From Candidatus Lustribacter sp. (GTDB lineage: Bacteria; Vulcanimicrobiota; Vulcanimicrobiia; Vulcanimicrobiales; Vulcanimicrobiaceae): a stretch of 64,000 bases of DNA. Numbering within the stretch: the stretch's first letter is position 1; each line of letters opens with the position of its first letter. Shown here one piece after another: positions 8,614 to 19,415 of this stretch. The notes under the pieces were generated by a model. It had not been told where the DNA came from. It saw only the letters and a list, made by a program, of their open reading frames with translations, and did no database searches. Position numbers and translations under genes: made by a program. Where the stretch lies: assembly GCA_965277805.1 (NCBI GenBank), contig OZ255842.1, positions 3,840,001 through 3,904,000 on the forward strand, in the 5' to 3' direction.

Positions 8614-9411
8614 TCACGACCAAGACGGAATCAAGAACGCTTCCGGGCAACCGTCCTCATCGAGCGGGGTGTGCGTCAGGGCCGGCCCTGAGGGAAATGT
8701 GCTGATTGCGCTCGTGTGAAGCGTGATCCAGAACTGCGTGAGGATCGCTCGTCCCGTGCTATCGGTCGCACATTCCAATTGGAGCGCTCGGCCATCGGCT
8801 GTGGCGAACGCCTTTTGGAAAGCAGCGTGGGCGTCATCGCGCGCGATCGTCGCGCCGGCGTGGGCCAACAGATACCGGCCGAACGCGCTGTCGGCGACGG
8901 CTTGACGCATCTGCAATTCCGTCGTAAAAAACTGTTCCGGATCGAAGCCGAAACACTGCACGTGCTTATCGTATTCGTGGGTGAGCAAACTGGTACTCAG
9001 CTGCGGCATCACGGTCGCGAGCTGCGCTTCGAGATCGCGGGAGAGCGGCGGCGGCTCGTCGCTATGATGGAGCAAGTCGCAGCCGCGCGCAAACCATTGC
9101 TGCACGGGCACGTTGGCCTTGATCAGCGCTTGTGGCATTGACGGCCACAATCCGTGCACGCCGATCAGCGGCGTACGAGCCTGCCCGGCACTGCACCGGT
9201 CGTGAAGGCCGGGCCCGAGCAGCGGGCCGTCATCGACGCTGCAGATCCCCGGCTGCCACGTCAATGCAAAGGTGTAAACGTCGAAATCCGGGTACCGGGC
9301 CGGCACGAGTTGCAGCGGCGCCGCGCTCGCCAGCGCGGTAACGGTCACGATCCCGGCCGCGCACGCGAGAAGCGTCAACAAGCGCCGGCGGAGCTTTTCA
9401 AGCACGCCCAT
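8614..9411 (-). CDS. Secreted ribonuclease T2 family protein
   Basis: Signal peptide; ALTWQPGIC, VHGLWP (CAS I) and HEYDKH (CAS II). Confidence 0.9.
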   Translation of the reverse strand: MGVLEKLRRRLLTLLACAAGIVTVTALASAAPLQLVPARYPDFDVYTFALTWQPGICSVDDGPLLGPGLHDRCSAGQARTPLIGVHGLWPSMPQALIKANVPVQQWFARGCDLLHHSDEPPPLSRDLEAQLATVMPQLSTSLLTHEYDKHVQCFGFDPEQFFTTELQMRQAVADSAFGRYLLAHAGATIARDDAHAAFQKAFATADGRALQLECATDSTGRAILTQFWITLHTSAISTFPSGPALTHTPLDEDGCPEAFLIPSWS

Positions 9412-9453
9412 GCCGATCACTTATGCGTTACGTCCTAAACAACTTCCAGGAAG

Positions 9454-9723
9454 CTACGCGCGATCGTCGGCTTCACCAAATGAAACGTTGATCACGTTGC
9501 TTCGGCGGGGCACTCCATGCGGCTCGTCCTCTGCGTGCGACAATCCGCATTCGTGACACGCATTAATTGCATCCTCAGTCCTCGACTCGAGAAGTAATTG
9601 CGCGTCGAGCAACGCATCGCGCGAGGTCGCGGTGCCTTCCCGATCGGCGGCGGTTTCGGCTTTTCCCTTTTGTTCGGCTGCTTCGCGAAGGGCATAGATG
9701 GCATCGATTTTGTTTTGCTGCAT
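9454..9723 (-). CDS. Small hypothetical protein with CHECxxxH motif
   Basis: ATG at 9723 with GGAG RBS; 89 aa, helical N-terminal part. Confidence 0.65.
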   Translation of the reverse strand: MQQNKIDAIYALREAAEQKGKAETAADREGTATSRDALLDAQLLLESRTEDAINACHECGLSHAEDEPHGVPRRSNVINVSFGEADDRA

Positions 9724-9810
9724 GGTGCTCCGGAGATGCGTCAATCGGCGAAGCGTTACCGCAAAAGCTTGCCCGCAAAACGGGATAAAGAGGCGCTGAA
9801 TCGGCGGGGG

Positions 9811-10221
9811 TTAGGAGCCGATTTGCTTGGTAAGGTGTATATACCGACCGTCGGCCTGGACGTCAATCCGGCTAACCATTTTGCGGGCAATGAGGATTCC
9901 GAGGCCGGCCGGCGCTAGGGTGCCGGCCGGGTCCCAAACCACCGGACGATCACCGACACGGTAGTCGTCGCCTTCAATCCCAACCTCGATCCGATCGGGG
10001 AAGGTCTGAGCCGTCACCAAGAAGCCGGGGCGGCGGCCGGGTCGCCGTTGGACGATCCACACGAGGACCTCGCCAAGAGCTTGTTCGATGTCGTCGACAT
10101 CACCACGGCTGAGCCCACATTCGCGAGCGAACGACCGAAGATCTCGTCGTGCCGCCGCAACGAAGCTGGGGTGGCCGGGATACGATCGCCGAAACTCGCG
10201 GTTCGCGCGCTTGGGAACCAC
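9811..10221 (-). CDS. RsbW/HATPase_c_2-like anti-sigma factor protein, degenerate
   Basis: S.VAAARRDLRSFARECGL..VDDIEQALGE and GLGILIARKMV match the RsbW fold; ATP-binding N and DxG motifs are missing. Confidence 0.7.
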   Translation of the reverse strand: MVPKRANREFRRSYPGHPSFVAAARRDLRSFARECGLSRGDVDDIEQALGEVLVWIVQRRPGRRPGFLVTAQTFPDRIEVGIEGDDYRVGDRPVVWDPAGTLAPAGLGILIARKMVSRIDVQADGRYIHLTKQIGS

Positions 10222-10270
10222 ACAGGCCGGTTCCCGGTTTATCGAGGGATTAAACCGAGCGGAACGCCTG

Positions 10271-10296
10271 AAAAAAACCCCGCCGGAGCGGGGTTT
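10271..10296 (-). terminator. Rho-independent terminator of the eno/tRNA transcript
   Basis: AAACCCCGC-CGGA-GCGGGGTTT stem with an A7 run (U-tract on minus strand), directly after tRNA-Glu. Confidence 0.85.
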
Positions 10297-10300
10297 GACT

Positions 10301-10375
10301 TGGTAGCGCCAACGAGAATCGAACTCGTCTCTCCGCCTTGAAAGGGCAGCGTCCTAACCGATAGACTATGGCGCC
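10301..10375 (-). tRNA. tRNA-Glu (UUC), CCA encoded
   Basis: GGCGCCA acceptor stem, anticodon arm CTGCC-CT TTC AA-GGCGG, TTCGA T-loop, 3' ACCA. Confidence 0.96.
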
Positions 10376-10396
10376 ACGTGGATGGCTTGGGAACTC

Positions 10397-10468
10397 TGGG
10401 CCCGGCTGGATTCGAACCAGCGCGCGACCAGTTATGAGCCGGCTGCTCTACCGCTGAGCTACGGGCCC
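10397..10468 (-). tRNA. tRNA with CAU anticodon, most likely tRNA-Ile2 (lysidine type); CCA not encoded
   Basis: GGGCCCG acceptor stem, anticodon arm GCCGG-CT CAT AA-CTGGT, TTCGAAT T-loop. Paired G1-C72 and no triple G-C initiator stem, so not fMet. Confidence 0.88.
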
Positions 10469-10487
10469 AAGCCCGGCCCAGTCTTTT

Positions 10488-11810
<1,323 letters not shown>

Positions 11811-12269
11811 TTAGTTGCTCACCAGCATCGATGCGAGCGGATGTTCGCGCGTGAAGAGTTCTTTGTCGGTGAACCAGATCGCGATCTCGCGGGCCGCGCT
11901 CTCAGGCGAGTCGCTGCCGTGCACCAGATTGCGGCCGATCGTCTGCGCGTAGTCACCGCGAATCGTACCGGGCGTCGCTTTGATCGGGTTCGTCGCGCCG
12001 ATCGTCGAACGGCAGCCCTCGATCGCGTCGTTGCCCTCGATCACCAGCGCCACGATCGGCGAGCCGGTGATGTATTCCACCAGGCCGTTGAAGAACGGCT
12101 TTCCCTCGTGTTCGGCGTAATGCTTTTTTGCACGCTCGGTTTCGGTCAGCAGCATTTTCATGCCGACGATCGTGTACCCGCGGCGCTCGAAGCGCGAAAG
12201 AATTTCCCCAACCAGGCCGCGCACGACGGCGTCGGCTTTTGCAAGAATGAGCGTACGTTCAATTGCCAT
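11811..12269 (-). CDS. ndk: Nucleoside diphosphate kinase
   Basis: [31 protein letters not shown]. Confidence 0.97.
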   Translation of the reverse strand: MAIERTLILAKADAVVRGLVGEILSRFERRGYTIVGMKMLLTETERAKKHYAEHEGKPFFNGLVEYITGSPIVALVIEGNDAIEGCRSTIGATNPIKATPGTIRGDYAQTIGRNLVHGSDSPESAAREIAIWFTDKELFTREHPLASMLVSN

Positions 12270-12287
12270 AGCAGAGGAGGGTGATAC

Positions 12288-13085
12288 GTGCCGGATGAGA
12301 CCGCACCTTTTCGGCCGCTCGACGTCGCGCACGTTCGCACGGCGCTGGCCGGTACGCTTTTCGGCGATGTCCGCTATGTGGTGAAGACGGGCTCCACAAA
12401 CGACGATGCAGCGGCGCTGCTGGCGCGCGGCGACGCGCTGGGCACGACCTTAGTCGCTGAAGAGCAGACCGCCGGCCGCGGCCGCAAGGCCGGGCGCAGT
12501 TGGATCGCCGCTCCGGGCAGCGGCCTTTTGTTCACCACGATCCTGCCCGCCACGATGCCCGCGAGCGACCTGTGGGCCGTACCATTTTGGGTCGCGCTGT
12601 GCGTTGCGGACGGAATCATGCGGGCTTGTGCCGTCCACGCCGACCCGCGCTGGCCCAACGATCTGTTCGTTAGAAACAGAAAGGTCGCGGGTATTCTTTG
12701 CATCTCGCGGGTTGCCGGCGACGTCGCGCACGTCGCCTGCGGCGTCGGGATCAACGTGATTCCGGCAGCGGGCGCGCATGTAGCGATCGAACCGCCCCCC
12801 GCGTTCCTTTCCGATGCGGCGCCCTCCGTGCGCCGCGAAGTCGTGCTGAGCGAGGTCTTAGCGGCCTTCGAGCGCCGCCTCGCGTCGCTCCACGCGCCGG
12901 CGGCGATCGCGCGCACGTATGAAGAACGCGCGGCGCTGGCCGGCGCGGCCTACCGCGTGCTGGTCGACGGCGAGTCGCTCGAGTTGGACGGCATCGCACG
13001 CGGCTTGGGGCCCGACGGCGCGCTCCGCCTCGATGTCGGCGGCGTCGAACAGGCGATCTCGCTCGCCGACGCGCGGCGTCTCTAG
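12288..13085 (+). CDS. birA: Biotin--[acetyl-CoA-carboxylase] ligase (no HTH)
   Basis: [39 protein letters not shown] before GTG. Confidence 0.93.
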   Translation: MPDETAPFRPLDVAHVRTALAGTLFGDVRYVVKTGSTNDDAAALLARGDALGTTLVAEEQTAGRGRKAGRSWIAAPGSGLLFTTILPATMPASDLWAVPFWVALCVADGIMRACAVHADPRWPNDLFVRNRKVAGILCISRVAGDVAHVACGVGINVIPAAGAHVAIEPPPAFLSDAAPSVRREVVLSEVLAAFERRLASLHAPAAIARTYEERAALAGAAYRVLVDGESLELDGIARGLGPDGALRLDVGGVEQAISLADARRL

Positions 13086-13155
13086 GGCCGCCCGCCGGAG
13101 CTACCGCGAGTCGGCCGAAGGCCGAACGCAACAGATTCGCCGAAGGCGAATCCAC

Positions 13156-14196
13156 ATGGGCGAGATCTTGGGACTAGGCATTTCACACTGGCCGCGGTTG
13201 GGTCAGAAGAACGAGCAACTGTCGTATTGGCTGAAGCGGACGCTGCAAGATCCGGATCTCCCGGCGCACTTGAAAGATCCCAAAACGTGGCCGCCGCGCA
13301 TGCAAGAAGAATGGGGCACGGACGAAGGCCTCTCGCACGCGCAAGAGCATCGCGACTCGATGGCTTCGGGCTTACGCGAAGTGCGCAAAGCGCTCGACGC
13401 CTTCAAGCCGGACGCGATCGTGGTGTGGGGTGACGATCAGTACGAAAACTTCCGCGAAGATCTGATCCCGGCATTTTCCGTCCTCGCCTATCAAGACGAT
13501 CTCGTGTGTCAGCCGTGGGGCGGGATGCCCAACTACTGGGACGAGGACAAGGAGACGACGTTCACCGTCAAGAGCGCACCGGAGATCTCGAAGTACCTCG
13601 CCACCGGCATGATCGAAGCAGAATTCGACATCGCCTACGCCTATCGGCCGTTGCACTTTCCGCATCTGCCCCACGCGTTCATGAACACCGTGCTCTATCT
13701 CGATTACGACCGCGTCGGCTTTCCCTATCCGTTGATTCCGTTTCAGGTGAACTGCTACGGGCGCTACGTGATCAGCCACAAGGGCTTCGGGTTTCCGTAT
13801 GCCGAGGCCGACAAGCCGCTCGATCCGCCGTCGCCCTCACCCAAGCGCTGCTTCGATCTCGGCCGCGCGGCCGGACGTGTGCTGGCGAATAGCCCGTGGC
13901 GCATCGCGCTGGTCGCGTCCTCGAGCTGGTCGCACGCGTTCCTCTCCGAGAAGTCGAAACATCTCTGGCCCGACGTCGAGTCCGACCGCAACCTCTACGA
14001 TGCGATGCTGCGCGGCGATTCCGACGTGTGGCGCAACTTCAAGCTCGCCGACATCGAATTCTCAGGCCAGCACGAGCTGCTGAATTGGTTCTGTCTCGTC
14101 GGCGCGATGACCGAACTCAACAAGAAAGTCGTCTGGTCGCAGTTCACCGAGACGTTCGTTTACAACTCGGACAAAGTCGCCGCGATCTTCGGCTGA
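13156..14196 (+). CDS. Extradiol ring-cleavage dioxygenase, LigB/class III-like
   Basis: LGLGISH, DAFKPDAIVVWGDDQYENF, PHAF, ASSSWSH, GQHELLNW. Confidence 0.85.
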   Translation: MGEILGLGISHWPRLGQKNEQLSYWLKRTLQDPDLPAHLKDPKTWPPRMQEEWGTDEGLSHAQEHRDSMASGLREVRKALDAFKPDAIVVWGDDQYENFREDLIPAFSVLAYQDDLVCQPWGGMPNYWDEDKETTFTVKSAPEISKYLATGMIEAEFDIAYAYRPLHFPHLPHAFMNTVLYLDYDRVGFPYPLIPFQVNCYGRYVISHKGFGFPYAEADKPLDPPSPSPKRCFDLGRAAGRVLANSPWRIALVASSSWSHAFLSEKSKHLWPDVESDRNLYDAMLRGDSDVWRNFKLADIEFSGQHELLNWFCLVGAMTELNKKVVWSQFTETFVYNSDKVAAIFG

Positions 14197-14199
14197 CGG

Positions 14200-14730
14200 C
14201 TAGCGGTTCGCCCGGCTCCGCTTCTCGCACGCTTCGCAGAAGTTCGAGAATTTGTTGTCGGTGTCGAACACGGAGTTCGAGTAGTACATCGGGCAGCGAG
14301 CGTTGTAGCAGTGCTTGAGGCCCATCGCGTGCCCGATCTCGTGCACCGACTCCTTGAGCAGCCGCTGGAAGAGCAAGTTATCGTCGGCCGGTTCGCCATA
14401 AAATTCGGGCCGCAGGCGATGGAGCGAAACGACGGCGCAGTGATGCGTCTCGGTCGAGCCGCCGAAGATGAAGTGATGCGAGGTCTTGTAGAGGTCGAAC
14501 TCGGTGATGCCGAGCACGGCCCCGTCGCGGCTCTCGTGCGCGGCCGCGAGTTTCGTTGCCAGCGAACCGAAGAACAGCTGCTTGCGTACGCTATTGAGTG
14601 CCGTTTTGGGAATCGGCAGCGACGCGCGCACGATGCAGGTGGAGAGGAATCGCTCCTCGAGGCACAATGCGAGTCGCGTCAGCACTTGGTGGTCGATCAC
14701 GTTGATCGGGACGACGCTGATCTCGCTCAT
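14200..14730 (-). CDS. Archaemetzincin (peptidase M54) Zn-metalloprotease
   Basis: HEIGHAMGLKHC-x4-CPM..S motif, FCxxC, RKQ and FIFG. Confidence 0.92.
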   Translation of the reverse strand: MSEISVVPINVIDHQVLTRLALCLEERFLSTCIVRASLPIPKTALNSVRKQLFFGSLATKLAAAHESRDGAVLGITEFDLYKTSHHFIFGGSTETHHCAVVSLHRLRPEFYGEPADDNLLFQRLLKESVHEIGHAMGLKHCYNARCPMYYSNSVFDTDNKFSNFCEACEKRSRANR

Positions 14731-14788
14731 CGGCGAATGTTGTTTTCGTGCTCGTGGGAAAGGCTGCCTGCGAACCGAACGGGCCTTA

Positions 14789-15151
14789 ATGATTATCGGG
14801 TTGGGGATCGATTTGGCCGAAGTCGAGCGCTACCAGTTCAGCGATGCCGAGCGCGAGCGCTTCGCCCGCAAAGTATACACGCCCGAAGAGATGCGCTACG
14901 CCATGCGGAAACGTCATTGGGCCGAGCGGCTGGCGGGGTTCTTCGCGGCGAAAGAGGCGACGCGCAAGGCGTTCGGGCACGCGATTCCGTGGCGCGACGT
15001 GGGCGTCACCCACGAACGCTCGGGAAAGCCGACCATTGCGCTCTACGGTAAAGCCGCCGAACTGATCGAGCGCCGCGGCGTCCGGTCGATCCACCTAACG
15101 ATCACGCACACGGCCACGACCGCCGCGGCCGTCGTGATCCTGGAGGGCTGA
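14789..15151 (+). CDS. acpS: Holo-[acyl-carrier-protein] synthase
   Basis: MIIGLGID, FAAKEA.RKA, SGKP, ITH. Confidence 0.95.
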   Translation: MIIGLGIDLAEVERYQFSDAERERFARKVYTPEEMRYAMRKRHWAERLAGFFAAKEATRKAFGHAIPWRDVGVTHERSGKPTIALYGKAAELIERRGVRSIHLTITHTATTAAAVVILEG

Positions 15152-16650
15152 TGCGCGCCGTCACCGCCGCACAAATGCGGGCCATCGATGCGGCCGCGGT
15201 CGCGCGCGACGGCGAGGTCGACCTGATGCGGCAGGCCGGCGCCGCCATCGCCCGCGTCGTCCCCCGCTACCGCCAAGACGGGCCGATCATCGCACTCGCC
15301 GGCAACGGCAACAACGGCGGCGACGCCTTTGCGGCGCTGGCGCGGCTCGAGGGCCGGCGCATCCTCTACTACGATCCCGGCGCCAGCTGGGGCGCGGCAC
15401 GCATGCACGCCTTCCAGCGCGCCCGTGCCAGCGGCGTCGAATTGCGGCGCTATCCGGTCAGCGCTGAGGACCTGCGCGACGCCGGCTTGCTGCTCGACGG
15501 ACTGCTCGGCGTGAACGCGCGTTTGCCGCTGGATGCGGCGACGGCGGAACGGGTCCGCGCGATGAACGATGCGCAGGTGCCGATCCTCGCGCTCGACCTC
15601 GCGACCGGCTGCGATCCGACGACGGGCGCACTCGGTGATCCCCACGTGCGCGCGGTCGCGACGGTGGCGCTAGGGCGGCCAAAACTCGGATCGTTCCTCG
15701 ATCCGGGACGCGATGCGACCGGCGACTTGTGGTGCGCGCCCATCGGCATGCACGACGGCGACGCGCGCGGCATCGATCTCGCATCGTACGTGCTGACGGC
15801 GGATGCGTTCGATGCGCTGCGCCCGAAGCGCCCGAACGAATCGGAGAAGCGCAGCGCGGGGGCGCCGCTCGTCATCGCAGGTTCGGAACAGTTTCCCGGC
15901 GCGGCAATTTTGTGCGCGCTCGGCGCCGCTCGCGCCGGCGCCGGCTACGTCACCGTCGCCGCACCGGCGGCGGCCGCCGCGGCGCTGCGCGCCCATCTCA
16001 TCGAACAAGTCGTGGTGACCTACGACGAGAACGACCCCAAAGCGGCGATCGCGGCGATTCTCGATTTGAGCAACCACTGCAACGCGATCGCGATCGGGCC
16101 CGGACTCGGCCTCTCGGACGAAATGGGCGAGATCGTGCGCGGCGTGATGAAGGCAACGCCGTTGCCGATGGTCGCGGACGCGAGCGCGCTCTTTCACATC
16201 GGTAAACACTTACCGGAGTTTGCAGAAAAGCCGCTCGTTCTCACACCGCATGCGGGCGAATTCGCACGGCTCTCCGGGAAAGGCACGGTCGAGCCGAGCG
16301 AACGGCTTCCCCGCCTGCGCGCGTTCGTGGCCGAGTACGGCATCGCAACGCTGTTGAAAGGGCGCACGACGCTGATCGCCGATCGTACGACCGTGCACGT
16401 CAACCCAACCGGCACGCCCGCGCTCGCAACCGCCGGCACCGGCGACGTTCTCACCGGCATCATCGCAACGCTGCTCTCGCAAGGCCTCGCACCGCTCGAT
16501 GCCGCGCGTGCCGGCGCGTTTTGGCACGGGCTTGCCGGCTCGTGCGCGGCGGCCGATCGTCCGGTCGGCGTTATCGCGCGGGACGTTGCCGACGCACTCG
16601 GCCGCGCATCCGACGTCGCGCCCGACGACGATCCAATCCGTATTTGGTAA
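15151..16650 (+). CDS. nnr: Bifunctional NAD(P)H-hydrate epimerase/dehydratase
   Basis: GNGNNGGD, DGLLG, IGPGLG, DASAL, TPHAGEF, TAGTGDVL. Confidence 0.95.
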   Translation: MRAVTAAQMRAIDAAAVARDGEVDLMRQAGAAIARVVPRYRQDGPIIALAGNGNNGGDAFAALARLEGRRILYYDPGASWGAARMHAFQRARASGVELRRYPVSAEDLRDAGLLLDGLLGVNARLPLDAATAERVRAMNDAQVPILALDLATGCDPTTGALGDPHVRAVATVALGRPKLGSFLDPGRDATGDLWCAPIGMHDGDARGIDLASYVLTADAFDALRPKRPNESEKRSAGAPLVIAGSEQFPGAAILCALGAARAGAGYVTVAAPAAAAAALRAHLIEQVVVTYDENDPKAAIAAILDLSNHCNAIAIGPGLGLSDEMGEIVRGVMKATPLPMVADASALFHIGKHLPEFAEKPLVLTPHAGEFARLSGKGTVEPSERLPRLRAFVAEYGIATLLKGRTTLIADRTTVHVNPTGTPALATAGTGDVLTGIIATLLSQGLAPLDAARAGAFWHGLAGSCAAADRPVGVIARDVADALGRASDVAPDDDPIRIW

Positions 16651-16655
16651 CGCGA

Positions 16656-17819
16656 TCAGCGCGCGATGCCGAATCCGGCCGCCTTGACCTTCGGATCGTC
16701 GGAGGCCTCCAAGTAGTCGCGCAGTGTACGCAGAAACACTCCGAATGCGGTGGCACCGAGCAGCCAGAGTTGGCGATCGTCGCTGCTTTCGTCCGGCAGC
16801 GTTTGCATACGATCCCTAGCGTACATCACGCGCAAGTCTTCGACCGCTAAACGGATGAACGCCAACAACTCAAGCTCTGCCGGACGGCCCGGAAAATCGC
16901 TTACCTCGCCGGCGGCGTAACGCGCGAGCCAGCGGGCCAGCGCACCGTAGTCCTTGGGATCGACGCGGCTCACGCCGGTTCTCGGATGCACGCGATCGCG
17001 CGTTGCTTCGACTTCGGCGACGAAATCGATCGAACGCGCCTGCGCTTGTACCTCGACGCCCGAGGCTTGCATCGGCGCAGCCCGTTCCGTCCGCTCAGCC
17101 GCTACGAAATCCAGTAGCACCGGGCCTTCGGACGCGGCTAATGTCGAGAACGCGAGATCGAGAACGGCGCGCTGTTCGCGAGCGTCGTTACGGTGGCCGA
17201 CGGAGATGCCGAACGGAAACGGCACCCACACCGTGCGCGGCGGTTTGATGCGCAGCGAATGTTCGCGCACCAAACTGAGCGCCACCGTGCTCAATCCCCG
17301 TTCTTCCAAAACCCGTGCGATCACACCGACCGTGTGAGTGCACAGCGGTCAAGTCGGCGTGAGTAAGACGACGTCGACGCCGTCTTCGAGCAGGTGCGCC
17401 GCTACTTCGGGCGCCATCGCGTTCTTGATCGGCGCGACGTCGCGTTGCGCACCCATGAACGAGTAGAAGCGCGGGGCGAGTTCGCCGATCTTGCCCTCGG
17501 CCACCATCTCGCGCAGGCGGTCGATCGGATACACCACGTTGGGGTCGGCCATGATGCCGGTGCGGTCGAAACCGAGGCTGGTGTGGCTCTGCAAGAGATC
17601 CGCACCATCGGTCGCCGACGGAATCATCCGGTACGTCGGATCGCCGGCCACGAACGGTTTGTCGCCGGGCAGATGAACGCCGGCCGTCGTGACGATCGCG
17701 ACGCGCGATTGGGCGAGCGGTTTCGCCGGCCGATGGAACGGCGTCGACGTGACCTCCTCGATCGCGAGCGAGAGAATTCCTTGACGCGCGGTTTCCGAAA
17801 GGCGGTCGAGCGACGGCAT
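16656..17819 (-). CDS. Selenocysteine-containing GrdB/PrdB-family protein (387 aa; UGA at 17349-17351 read as Sec)
   Basis: ORFs 17349-17819 and 16656-17324 are in one frame, joined as LLTPT-U-PLCTHTVGVIARVLEERG. Family motifs KPL..SRVAIVTTAG, DPNVVYPIDRL, YSFMG and PPR..VPFPFG; AAGGA RBS. Confidence 0.88.
17313..17345 (-). promoter_or_regulatory. Bacterial SECIS-like hairpin
   Basis: mRNA after UGA-CCG reads CUGUGC-AC-UCACAC-GGUCG-GUGUGA-UC-GCACGG. The apical loop starts with G, 17 nt after the UGA. Confidence 0.75.
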
Positions 17820-17939
17820 CTTGTTCCTTTCGTGAAGCGGGGAATAGTCTCCGGTTCACCGGTCGACTTTTGTCGTCTAAGAATTTGAAAGCACGAATCG
17901 GGTCGCGTTGCAGCGTTCGTTTCGGGCATAATAGACGGG

Positions 17940-19415
17940 ATGCGGATTTCGGCGACCCAGTTGTTCATCGGCGTGATTCTGGCCGGCCAGTTCATGGCCA
18001 ACATGGATACGGCAATCATCAACGTGGCCACACCCTCGATCGGCCACACGCTGCACGCCTCGGGCGCCGAGCTGCAACTGACCGTGTCGGTGTACGTGCT
18101 CGCCACGGCGATGCTGTTGATCACCGGCGCGCGACTGGGAACGCTTTACGGTTACCGTCGCATCTTCTTGATCGGGCTCGCCACGTTTACGCTCGCCTCG
18201 CTCGCCTGCGGGATCGCTCCCAACACGCTGACGCTGATCGTTGCGCGCATCGTGCAAGGTTTCGGCTCGGCGCTGCTCGTCGCTCAAGTGATCAGCGGCA
18301 TCCAGCGCACCTTGACCGGCCACGCGCGCACCAAAGCGATCGGCAGCTACACGCTGACGCTTTCGCTCGCGGCCGTCGTCGGGCAGATTCTCGGCGGCTG
18401 GCTTATCACGGTCGACCTCTTCGGACTTGCGTGGCGGCCGCTGTTCCTGATCAACGTGCCGATCGGTATTGCCTTGTTCGTGCCGGCGCTGATCGTCATG
18501 CCGCGCGACGAACCATTCGCCGGCCCGCGGCCGTCGCTAGACTGGCTCGGCGTCGCGCTCCTAGGCGGCTCGATGCTGTTGATGGTCTTCCCGCTGACCG
18601 TCGGCCGCGAGATGCAGTGGCCGCCGTGGACGTTCGCGTCGCTCGTCGCGAGCGTGGCGGGAACGGCCGCGTTCTTCCTCTGGCAGCGTCATCTCGCCGC
18701 GCTCAATCGCAGCCCACTGCTCAACCTCACGCTCTTTCGCGAACCCGGCGTCGTTCCGGGACTCGGCACGCAGATGCTCGCACGAGTCACCTACTTCACG
18801 CTTCTGTTCGTGCTTGCACTCTTCGTACAGAACGGTCTCGGGGAGAGCGCGCTCGTCTCGGGCCTCTCGCTGATCTTCTGGGTGCTGATGTATGGTATCG
18901 CCGGGCCGATCTACCCGCGTTTACCGCACCGCATCGCGATTCTCTGCGGCTCGGTGGGCGCGCTGATCACCGCAACGTCGTTCGGCGCTACCGCAGTCGC
19001 TGCAGCGTTCGATGCCGCCAACCCGTGGTTGATCACGTTTTTACTCGGCGCCGGCGGCTTCGGTTTCGGACTGCTGCAAACCGCAATCACCACGCAGCTA
19101 ACCTCGGCGATTCCCAAAGAGCGCGCGCCCGACTTGAGCGGCGTGATCGCTACGACCGTGCCGCTCTGTGCGGTCATCGGCATTGCGACTTACGGCAGCA
19201 TCTACATCGAGCTCGCCGCACCCGGCGGCCGGGTCGCAGCGATGCATGCGTTCGCGATCGTCAACGCATTCTTCGCGGTGACGGCGGCGGCCGCTGCGAT
19301 GACGGGCCGGAGAGCCGCGCTAGGAAGCGAACGAGTACGAGCGTTGCGGGAGCATGCGCAGCGTCTCGATCTCGTGGAGAACGTCGAGCGGAATCGTAAC
19401 GTCGGCGTAGCGTGA
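17940..19415 (+). CDS. MFS transporter (DHA2-like, 14 TM)
   Basis: MDTAIINVATP, GARLGTLYGYRR, RIVQG, WRPLFLINVP. Confidence 0.9.
   Translation: MRISATQLFIGVILAGQFMANMDTAIINVATPSIGHTLHASGAELQLTVSVYVLATAMLLITGARLGTLYGYRRIFLIGLATFTLASLACGIAPNTLTLIVARIVQGFGSALLVAQVISGIQRTLTGHARTKAIGSYTLTLSLAAVVGQILGGWLITVDLFGLAWRPLFLINVPIGIALFVPALIVMPRDEPFAGPRPSLDWLGVALLGGSMLLMVFPLTVGREMQWPPWTFASLVASVAGTAAFFLWQRHLAALNRSPLLNLTLFREPGVVPGLGTQMLARVTYFTLLFVLALFVQNGLGESALVSGLSLIFWVLMYGIAGPIYPRLPHRIAILCGSVGALITATSFGATAVAAAFDAANPWLITFLLGAGGFGFGLLQTAITTQLTSAIPKERAPDLSGVIATTVPLCAVIGIATYGSIYIELAAPGGRVAAMHAFAIVNAFFAVTAAAAAMTGRRAALGSERVRALREHAQRLDLVENVERNRNVGVA

Noticed and set aside
3628-10300. tRNA-Glu-anchored integrative island
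   Set aside because: No integrase and no convincing duplicate of the tRNA 3' end (only an 8-nt TGGTAGCG match near 5290).
10397-10468. Initiator tRNA-fMet
   Set aside because: Paired first base pair and no three consecutive G-C pairs at the base of the anticodon stem; elongator Met is not fully excluded.
16656-17819. Two separate genes or a nonsense pseudogene
   Set aside because: The TGA falls exactly at the family UxxC position and is followed by a SECIS-like hairpin; no RBS for the downstream part.
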